NCBI GenBank assembly: GCA_963663545.1
Contig: OY760505.1
Location: 3,232,001 to 3,296,000, forward strand
Reading direction: 5' to 3'
Source: Candidatus Delongbacteria bacterium
GTDB lineage: Bacteria; CAIWAD01
DNA length: 64,000 nt
The notes beneath the pieces were generated by a model, which searched no databases, was not told the DNA's origin, and saw nothing but the letters and a program-made list of their open reading frames with translations. The position numbers were made by a program, and so were the translations under genes. The first letter of the stretch is position 1. Every line of letters starts with the position of its first letter. Below are positions 29,801 through 37,440 of the stretch, one piece after another.

Positions 29801-30040
29801 ATAAGAGATTAACAGGGACAGCTCAAGGACTTGGGCGCTCAGCTAACAAGTTCGATTTCGAGTGTCGGCCTTTCTTGACAAGGATGTGTTTTTCCTTGTT
29901 CTACCTATGTAGGATATGCGATCTTAGGTCCGTGCTTGGCTGGATACACAGGAATACAGCAATGCGAACATCGGACATAACAGGACCAAGAGAAGTGCGG
30001 ATGGACGGGATAACACGGTCCGTAGAATCAGATGTTAGCT
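29801..30040 (+). repeat. Integron leader/attI platform, copy 2 (core GTTAGCT at 30034)
   Basis: 237-bp direct repeat of 23686-23922 with about 6 substitutions; identity ends at the GTTA crossover. Confidence 0.9.
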
Positions 30041-30108
30041 TGACAATAATGGGATTCTACCCAAATCATACAGTCGCCAAACATCTAAACACTCAAGGGG
30101 GTGCAGAC

Positions 30109-30858
30109 ATGTATTTTATAATCTATTTTGCCATTGTGGCTTCATTGTTCGGGCAAAGTATTGAACGAAAATCGACTCCTCTTCCCATTCTCTCGGAAAA
30201 CTATGGTGTCCTAACTGAGGCCGTTGGGTGGACATTGACAAACTCTGGCCAATGGGTAAGTGCTTCAAATCGACTTCCCTATAGAGACGGAAAAAGCAAT
30301 AAGCTCTCTTATGCAGAGTATTCGATTGGTAGAGAGAATTTTAAGAAGATCGAATTGAAAAAGGTGAAATTGGATGAAATAGATTATGGATTGCTACTAA
30401 TTTATCGAAAATCCGGAAGATACGCTTATCCTAACATTTTTGAGGGTTGGTATGACTTTGACGAACTGGTTTGGTATGCTTTTCCTGCTGATAAAATCAA
30501 GGAAGTTGCCGATAAAGATATTGTATTCAATGCTGCTTATGTGGTAGATCTCGGTGTCATTTATTCCGGCCGACTAAACAACATCGAAGAGGAATTGTCC
30601 ACGACTAACTTGCTTCATAGTATTTTAAGTGCAGCACGTGGTGAATTTAGCTTGTACTCTGATTACAAGGTGTCGCTTGCTCTGTTTCCGATTGAAGATA
30701 AGTCTACACGAGTGATGAGATTTAGAATTGCCGAGGAGAACTGCTTGTTCTCTTCTGGTAAAAGCTCGGATCGAATAAAGACAGATACATTTGATAAATC
30801 GTATTTCGAAGTGGATTTTGTCAAGTTTGTTGATTTAGTTAACGGGTTAGAAGAGTAG
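30109..30858 (+). CDS. Secreted hypothetical protein, integron cassette
   Basis: ATG after AGGGGG; short hydrophobic leader; AT-rich; cassette ends in AGCTAAC (30914), complementary to GTTAGCT. Confidence 0.7.
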   Translation: MYFIIYFAIVASLFGQSIERKSTPLPILSENYGVLTEAVGWTLTNSGQWVSASNRLPYRDGKSNKLSYAEYSIGRENFKKIELKKVKLDEIDYGLLLIYRKSGRYAYPNIFEGWYDFDELVWYAFPADKIKEVADKDIVFNAAYVVDLGVIYSGRLNNIEEELSTTNLLHSILSAARGEFSLYSDYKVSLALFPIEDKSTRVMRFRIAEENCLFSSGKSSDRIKTDTFDKSYFEVDFVKFVDLVNGLEE

Positions 30859-30913
30859 GTCGCGTGAGTAGCCTTGACCTTAAATCTCTAGAATTATAGG
30901 AAACTGGTTGCTC

Positions 30914-31731
30914 AGCTAACACTTATGAGGCCCCCATTGTCAATAGCACATAGGTGTTCCTTCCGATTTCCGGTTCTTTGATAGGAAGGCGAGATCACAA
31001 TTCCGGCTTTGTTTCACGGCCGGGCGCAGAGTGATTCCACAGCCAAACGCCTGTTCGCAAAGCGAACAGGTTGTCGAAGCTTCGGAGCAAGCTTCGACCC
31101 TTGTACTGGCGAGGTACTGCTTCGCTTGAAGCCCTGGAAACTCATTCGTACCCATATGCCGATCTAGTCAAGAATACAGGCTCAGCGACAACTGTCCAGT
31201 TCGTTTCAGATCGGGGATGGAGCGGAATCAACTTGTTCAGCACCTTCTTTGTCATCAACGGGCAACCAGTCAATCAATCGCACGGGCTCGGAGCATTTTG
31301 ATCGAGCAGGACTAGGGTGCTTTCCGCACATTGTGGTTCAGTCCAGCATTCCGATTCGCCCCCTGTGTCCAGTTAGGCGGTGGACTTGGTTGTCCGTGCA
31401 GCAGGAAGCCAGAAAGGCCGCTGCGCTTGTGGGAGTGTTTTGTTGCAAGCAGATTGTTCCCCGTTCATCCAGCACGCATAGGTACATTGTTTTCGCGTGC
31501 AGGTCAATTCCGCATGTGTGACGGTGTTGGCCTTGATAGAATCTCATGGTCTCCTCCTGAGTGGGTGATTGTGACTACCCGAAGTATCGGGTCACTCGTG
31601 AAAGGAGGGGGCCTCTATGAAGATCACTCGCTTGCACCCAACAGCCGCACCGGTCAAGCTGCTTGCATACGCAAGCATCGCGCCCTAGCCGCTTCGCGGC
31701 TTGCGTCTAAAGGTGAAGCAAAACGTTAGCC
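30914..31731 (+). other. attC site split by an IS1111-type insertion
   Basis: Removing ~30924-31628 gives AGCTAAC-ACTC-GCTTGCACC...GGTGAAGC-AAAAC-GTTAGCC, with the canonical extrahelical G. Confidence 0.85.
30924..31624 (-). mobile_element. IS110/IS1111-family element, internally deleted
   Basis: Transposase N-terminus MRFY..CGIDLHAKTMYLCVLD (31547 down to ~31410); subterminal IRs GAGGCCCCC (30927) / GGGGGCCTC (31607); outward TTGACA at 30938-30943; long structured 3' non-coding region. Confidence 0.85.
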
Positions 31732-31783
31732 AAACAGCAGTTATTCCATAGATTACACACTTCGTTTGAGGATTGGGGAAAGC

Positions 31784-32764
31784 ATGAAAATGAACAATCT
31801 CGTCATCATGCTGCTTTCTTTGCTCGTGCTCTTCTGCGCCAAGCAGCTTCGTGCGCAAGAATCAGGAAGCATTGTCGGCTGGGGCTCCCAAGTGGTGGTG
31901 GAAGAAGGCGAGTAGAACGGCCTCGTGGCGCTCGCGGCGGGCTATGATCACAGTTTGGGCCTGAAGTCCGACGGGTCCATCGTGGCGTGGGGATGGAATT
32001 ACTACGGCCAATGCGACGTTCCAGAACCCAACACGGAGTTTGTGGCGCTCGCGGCGGGCTATGATCACAGTTTGGGCCTGAAGTCCGATGGGTCCATCGT
32101 AGCGTGGGGAAACAATGGCTACGGCCAATGCAACGTCCCTGCACCCAACGCGGAATTCGTGTCGCTCTCGGCTGGAAGTCGTCACAGTCTGGGGCTGAAG
32201 TCCGACGGGTCCATCGTGGCGTGGGGACGAAACAACGAGGGCCAATGCAGCATCCCCGCGCCCAACACGGAGTTTGTGGCGCTCGCGGCGGGGTGGAGTC
32301 ACAGCCTGGGCCTGAAGTCCGATAGGTCCATCGTGGCGTGGGGACAGAATGACGACGGCCAATGCAACGTCTCCGAGCCCAACACGGAGTTCGTGGCGCT
32401 CGCGGCAGGCGAAAAGTACAGTTTTGGGCTGAAGTGCACGGATACCAGTATCATGGAACCTCATGCCTGGAATGGCCATGCCTCCAGCCTCGAAATCTAC
32501 TCATTGGCTCCCAACCCCTTCAATCCTCGTACTGTGCTCTCCTTCACGCAACGCACAACGGGTCCTGTTCAGCTCTCGGTTTTCGATATCCGTGGTCGAT
32601 TGGTGCTGCGGCGGGAGCTGGGCGTTTTTGCAGCCGGTCAGCATCAAGTGGCATGGGACGGGCGCAATTCAGGGGGACGCAACGTGGCCTCAGGCACTTA
32701 CTTCCTGCAGCTCACGAACGCGCCGGGGGAGACCAGCACGGCCAGAGGAATCCTGTTGCGCTAG
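31784..32764 (+). pseudogene. Secreted RCC1-repeat protein with FlgD/T9SS-like tail, interrupted by an in-frame TAG
   Basis: Signal peptide MKMNNLVIMLL; TAG at 31913-31915; 120-bp repeats ALAAGxxHSLGLKSDGSIVAWG; APNPFNP tail. Confidence 0.8.
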
Positions 32765-32903
32765 GTGCGGTGAATGGCGGGAGGCTGGCATAAGATAGCT
32801 TGGAACCGGCGCGGCTCTTTCCCCGCGATGATGTCGCCATGTTGAGGTTTAGGCCTCGCTCTAGACGTAGTGGGGTAGACCGAAAGTTGTTCGAAGAAAC
32901 CTC

Positions 32904-32932
32904 TTGCAAATATGTCGAATAAGACATATTCT
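32904..32932 (+). promoter_or_regulatory. TA promoter with palindromic operator (probably leaderless)
   Basis: TTGCAA-N17-TATTCT; AATATGTC-N6-GACATATT; ATG at 32939 begins 7 nt after the -10 box. Confidence 0.7.
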
Positions 32933-32955
32933 TGTCGCATGAGTCCAAACCACAA

Positions 32956-34015
32956 CCTGATTGCTTAGCATCCTCAGGCAAGTCTGAGCTCGTGTAGTGG
33001 CTTCTGCTCGGCACAGGCAGCCATCTTCAAGAAATCCCACAGCAGCTCTTTGAGATTGAATCGTCGGTTGAAGCGGAACTGAAACAGCCCGAAGTACCGG
33101 TGCAAGTAGTAGCCATGAGCTCTGTGGTGAACGCCAGCGAGGGAAGTCTTCAGATTGCCCAGCACAGTGCTACTCCACTTGAAGATCGAATCCTGTACTG
33201 CCTTCCGCCCTGTGCAGGCAACGGGCGCATGCAGATCACACCTTTCCCGAATACCAGCAAAGGAGCGCAGACCATCACTTGCCACAAAGGTCGTTGGTGC
33301 AAGGTGCTTCACAGCCCAAGCGTAAATGGTTGGTTTCCGAAAGTTTGGCAGGACGGAAAGCACGCAATATCGTGGGCGCATCTTTTCATTCCGTTCCACC
33401 GCGATGACAAAAGGGATCTTGTTTGGTGAACCGCGTCCCACTTTCTGGCCTGGACAACGACCGCCCATGTATGCGTCGTCGACTTCGACAAAATGCTTGA
33501 GAACCCGAGTGGACTCAGCATCAGCTGCTGCCGCCATCAGCTTCTGTTTCATCATCCAGGCCGTGTTGCGGTTCACACCCAGAAGGCGGCTTAACTCAAG
33601 CGCAGAGGTGCCGGTTTTGGATTGGCTCATGAGAAACATCGCGAAGAACCAGATAGAAAGTGGCAGTTTCGTGCTGTGGAACAGCGTACTTGCCGTCAAG
33701 GATGTCTGATGTTTGCAGCAAGCGCATTCGATCACAGGTCGAGTTCGAAGCACATGCCCTTTGGTAGCCTTGCAGGTTGGACAGACAAAGCCGTCTGGCC
33801 ACCGAAAGTTGCGAAGTGCTTGTTTACACAATTCTTCTGTGCCGAAGTAGCGTTGATACTCTTTGAATCCTATCCCCTTTTGGAACTGAATCGGGTTGTG
33901 GTTTGACATGGTTGCCTCCTTCGTTTGCGACGAAGAAAGCGTGGGGGTGGGACAAAATGGAATCGAACCATTGTTTCTTATCTACATAGGTGCCTGAGTA
34001 TGCTAAGCAATCAGG
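32956..34015 (-). mobile_element. IS1595-family insertion sequence, complete
   Basis: 25-bp IRs CCTGATTGCTTAGCATcCTCAGGCA (24/25 match); 8-bp target duplication AACCACAA at 32948-32955 and 34016-34023. Confidence 0.95.
32974..33909 (-). CDS. IS1595 transposase
   Basis: Zn ribbon RWPDGFVCPTC; HTH; VEVDDAY, ASDG, FRFNRR. Confidence 0.93.
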   Translation of the reverse strand: MSNHNPIQFQKGIGFKEYQRYFGTEELCKQALRNFRWPDGFVCPTCKATKGHVLRTRPVIECACCKHQTSLTASTLFHSTKLPLSIWFFAMFLMSQSKTGTSALELSRLLGVNRNTAWMMKQKLMAAAADAESTRVLKHFVEVDDAYMGGRCPGQKVGRGSPNKIPFVIAVERNEKMRPRYCVLSVLPNFRKPTIYAWAVKHLAPTTFVASDGLRSFAGIRERCDLHAPVACTGRKAVQDSIFKWSSTVLGNLKTSLAGVHHRAHGYYLHRYFGLFQFRFNRRFNLKELLWDFLKMAACAEQKPLHELRLA

Positions 34016-34350
34016 AACCACAAACCACTTGTCTGGCTTCGCGGAGAAGTCAAATCGCCCCCATTTTCGAGGGCGGCGCGGCTCGAGGCGGGTTACCTGC
34101 TGCGTCTGTTGCAAGCAGGCCATCTACTGTCGCTTCCCAATTCGCGGCCGATGCCGTCGATTGGGAAACGATGCCACGAGCTGCGGATTGTGGATATGGA
34201 CAAGACGTGGCGCCTGATCTATCGAATTGATTCGGACGCCATTGTTCTGGCCGAGGTCTTTGCGAAGAAATCGCAAGCGACTCCAAAGGTTGCGCTCGCC
34301 AATGCTCAGCAGCGCTTGGCGGAGTGCGACAAGATCTGCGGGGATGGAAA

Positions 34351-34674
34351 ATGAAGACGGAAAAGCAGAAGAAACTGGCAGCAGCTGGCTGGAAGATTGG
34401 CAATGCGGAAGAGTTTCTGGAGCTCTCAGAAGCGGAAGCAGCTTACATTGCGATGAAGCTGTCTGTAGGTCAGCAGATTCGTGAGTTGCGGAAAGCCAAT
34501 GCAATGACCCAAGCGGAGCTGGCCAAACGGGTTCGCTCTTCACAAAGCCGCATTGCCAAGATGGAAACGGGAGATCCCAGCATTTCGCTGGATTTGCTCA
34601 TTCGCACGGTGTTGGCTCTGGGTGCGACTCAGGACCAGGTTGCGGAATACCTCATGCATCGATGCGCATCCTGA
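34351..34674 (+). CDS. XRE/HigA-like antitoxin
   Basis: MTQAELAKRVRSSQSRIAKMETG HTH; ATGA overlap with the toxin stop. Confidence 0.85.
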   Translation: MKTEKQKKLAAAGWKIGNAEEFLELSEAEAAYIAMKLSVGQQIRELRKANAMTQAELAKRVRSSQSRIAKMETGDPSISLDLLIRTVLALGATQDQVAEYLMHRCAS

Positions 34675-34685
34675 TATCTATTTGC

Positions 34686-34870
34686 GCCTAACCCCTGCTT
34701 GCAATGGATTTGCGGTGTGTCATACCGCATGCGTGGACGCAGCTGAGCTGCGATGAAGGGTTGATCGACGCAAGCGTCGTCCGACTCGCTTCGAGTCGGC
34801 AGCCACTGGCCTTGATCTCCGAACGAACGTTCATAGTAATAGCGGCATCTCACACACCCCTTGGAAAAAA
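34686..34870 (+). other. Degenerate attC after the TA cassette
   Basis: Inverse core GCCTAAC, then GCTTGCAAT; arms GGTGTGT..ACCGC / GCGG..ACACACC; right core not clearly preserved. Confidence 0.55.
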
Positions 34871-34993
34871 ACACGCCGGCACACGAACCATTGGCATGCC
34901 CTCGGCGAAAACGGTATCCTGTTGCGCTTGGTGTGTTAAGTTTCAATTGGAAAACCCTTATCAAGCTTCACCACTTAACCTGGAAAGACAAGA

Positions 34994-36415
34994 ATGAAAG
35001 CTAGACATTCGTACTATTATCTGCTGCTTGGCCTCTTAGCTCTTTTCTTTTACAATGGGAGATGGGTTATCCCTGTTGCTACATTTATGGCTCCACTGTT
35101 TCTTCTTCGTTTTTACAGGTTTCAGCGGCTATTCAATGGATTCGCACTAATCACATTGGCTGGCTTTATATCAAACATATTCATCTGGAGAGGAATGCTA
35201 CCGGTCTCGGGGACCTTCTATTATATCCTAATGTTTATGATGAGTGTTTTTACTGCACTCACCTATTTGATTGACAGATTCTTTTCAAAACATATTAAAG
35301 GACCAGTCTCCACGCTGGTCTTTCCCGCATTGTTTGTGCTGATGGAGTTCATTGTAGTATCAACGAATCCTTCAGGATCCTATGGAACATTGGCGCACAC
35401 TCAAACATCAATAACACTTCAGCAGATCTTTTCGATAACTGGTATCTGGGGACTTGTATTCTTCATTACATGGTCAGCCTCGATGATTAACTGGCTTTGG
35501 GAGCATAACTTCGAAAGGGGGAAGTTGAATATAGCTTTTTTTATCTACGGGATTCCTACGTGTGCGCTCGTTCTTTTTGGACAAATCAGATTAACCGTGA
35601 ATCCTGAGCACGAAACAGTAAGAGTAGCATCAATAACGAAGATAAAATCGAATAGCTCTACTCAAGATTCGAGGAGTGAGTTTCTAGAGAATAGCACTAT
35701 AGCTGCCGCCTCAGGAGCCAGAATCGTTTTTGGTTCTGAAACCGCTGTCGTCGTACAGGCAGAAGAAGAGGATGGATTTGTTGAAAAAGCGAGGGCGCTT
35801 GCTAGAGCAAGGAGTATCTTTCTTGGTCTCCCGATGCAAGTGATTCCACCAGAATTTCCAGAACGGCTTCCGGAAAACAAGATCGTGTGGATTTCCCCGA
35901 ATGGAGAAGAAATATTCACCTACCATAAAGCAAGACCAACACCGGGAGAAGGGGATTATGGTGATGATACTATCAGATATTTTGACTCATCCTATGGACG
36001 GATAGCTTCCGCAATCTGCTTTGATATGGATTTCCCTTCCTATATCAAGCAAGTGAATGAGATGGATATTGATCTACTACTTGTTCCAGGAAGTGATTGG
36101 AAAGAGATATCGCCCTATCACACATTTGTTGCCTCATCCAGAGCTATCGAGCAAGGCTTTAACATGGTTAGAGCAACAGCAAATGGCTTATCAGCAGCCT
36201 TTACCTACAAGGGGCAATTGTTGTCTTCACGCGATGACTTCAAAACCAAAGATCCCATTCTCTATTCTGACGTGCCTACTCGTGGTTATCGAACAGTATA
36301 CTCAAGACTAGGTGACTATTTTCCCTGGATATGCATTCTCTTTTTACTGGGATCAAGTGCAATCGTCACACGAAGCCTTATTCTGCGAAAGGCAGTTCAT
36401 AGGACAAAGAAATGA
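34994..36415 (+). CDS. Apolipoprotein N-acyltransferase-like / carbon-nitrogen hydrolase membrane protein
   Basis: Multiple TMs; nitrilase triad E (GSETA), K (YHKA), C (ICFD); RAIEQG; AT-rich. Confidence 0.8.
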   Translation: MKARHSYYYLLLGLLALFFYNGRWVIPVATFMAPLFLLRFYRFQRLFNGFALITLAGFISNIFIWRGMLPVSGTFYYILMFMMSVFTALTYLIDRFFSKHIKGPVSTLVFPALFVLMEFIVVSTNPSGSYGTLAHTQTSITLQQIFSITGIWGLVFFITWSASMINWLWEHNFERGKLNIAFFIYGIPTCALVLFGQIRLTVNPEHETVRVASITKIKSNSSTQDSRSEFLENSTIAAASGARIVFGSETAVVVQAEEEDGFVEKARALARARSIFLGLPMQVIPPEFPERLPENKIVWISPNGEEIFTYHKARPTPGEGDYGDDTIRYFDSSYGRIASAICFDMDFPSYIKQVNEMDIDLLLVPGSDWKEISPYHTFVASSRAIEQGFNMVRATANGLSAAFTYKGQLLSSRDDFKTKDPILYSDVPTRGYRTVYSRLGDYFPWICILFLLGSSAIVTRSLILRKAVHRTKK

Positions 36416-36520
36416 AGACGACCTCGTTCCTCGGCGGCTGAGTTCCGCCGTTCGACCATGCCTTCCTGCACTGCACCATGAGTATTCGGAATCAAATAAA
36501 CGACTCCAAGGCGGATCCAG

Positions 36521-37128
36521 ATGAAGCGTGTGCATTTTTCACAACTGAGCCTGTTGCTTTTGCTGGTGTGGGGACTGGTGGCCGTTGTGCAAGCGGCCAA
36601 GGGCGGAAAGTCTCAGCAGGAGCCGGAATTGCCCCAAGCCCACGAGGGCTTCAGTTGGCAGGTACTGGAAGAAATCAAAGGCGCGTTCCTGATTCTCGAT
36701 GGTTGGCATTTCGTTAGCGAGCAGAATGAGGGGACCCAATCCTATTTCATCACCCTTGAGGATTTGACGCGCAGTGGCAGTTTTCTACCGGCCTTTCCAT
36801 GAATGTCATCGGGAATGCGAAAGCTAAAACAGGTTATCCCGCCGCTGCCTACGCCGAGGCCCACATCGCCGTTGCTGGCCCATCCACCAACGAGGAGGTG
36901 CTTTCTACAGCAAAGCTTGGGAGCGCGGAAATGCCCGGCTTTGGCGTCCGTGCTCGAAGTCTGAATGCCGAGGGCGAAGCTGTACTTATGAACTGGGTTG
37001 CCGTTGGCAATACCTTGACCGAAACCCTGTACATCATTTCCTTCGAGAGTCCGGAAGCCAGCTGGGAGCAGGCCTGGAAGCTTGGTGAGAGAATGATGGA
37101 TACCTTTGCGCTGGACAGTGAGATCTGA
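36521..37128 (+). pseudogene. Secreted hypothetical protein, probably split by a frameshift near 36785
   Basis: Signal-peptide ORF 36521-36802 and ORF 36799-37128 join as ..SGSF/TGLSMNVI.. with a one-base shift. Confidence 0.55.
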
Positions 37129-37440
37129 GCTCCAGCGCTTCATGATTGTCAGCTCGTGATGGCAAATAGGTCGTTCCGGTGCTCTGCCAGCTGCACCTCT
37201 GTGCCAGCTTGGCTGATTGCAACGACGGCCAGGGAGAAATCGGCGAAGTGCTGACAAGAACCTTCGCGCAAGTGGTGCCTCCCTGTCCAGAATCCGTCAC
37301 CTCTTACCCTCACGAAGAGTGCTTCTTGCGCTATGGATTCTACATGTTGTTATGATTTAAAGCCTTAAACCTGACGCACACACGGTTTTGCCTTGGCACG
37401 CCGCTTGCCATTCCTGGCGGATCTAAAGCTGGAGCCGCTC

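Larger units (their letters stand above)
32939..34354 (+). pseudogene. RelE/Gp49 (HigB-like) toxin disrupted by IS1595
   Basis: Removing the IS and one target duplication restores MSPNHKPLVWLRGEVKSPPFS..SRPMPSIGKRCHELRI..WRLIYRID..EVFAKK. Confidence 0.85.

Noticed and set aside
31913..31915. Amber readthrough (pyrrolysine or recoding)
   Set aside because: TAG ends many normal genes in this window and no pyl genes are visible; a nonsense mutation is simpler
31925..32430. Regular 120-bp DNA repeats resembling a CRISPR array
   Set aside because: They are in-frame RCC1 coding repeats with no unique spacers and no cas genes
32783..32860. attC between the RCC1 gene and the TA promoter
   Set aside because: Only degenerate traces (GCATAAG, GTTTAGGC); no convincing paired L/R boxes
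34935..34979. GTTAAGT..ACTTAAC as an empty mini-cassette before the Lnt-like gene
   Set aside because: No attC body follows the inverse core; could be chance in AT-rich DNA
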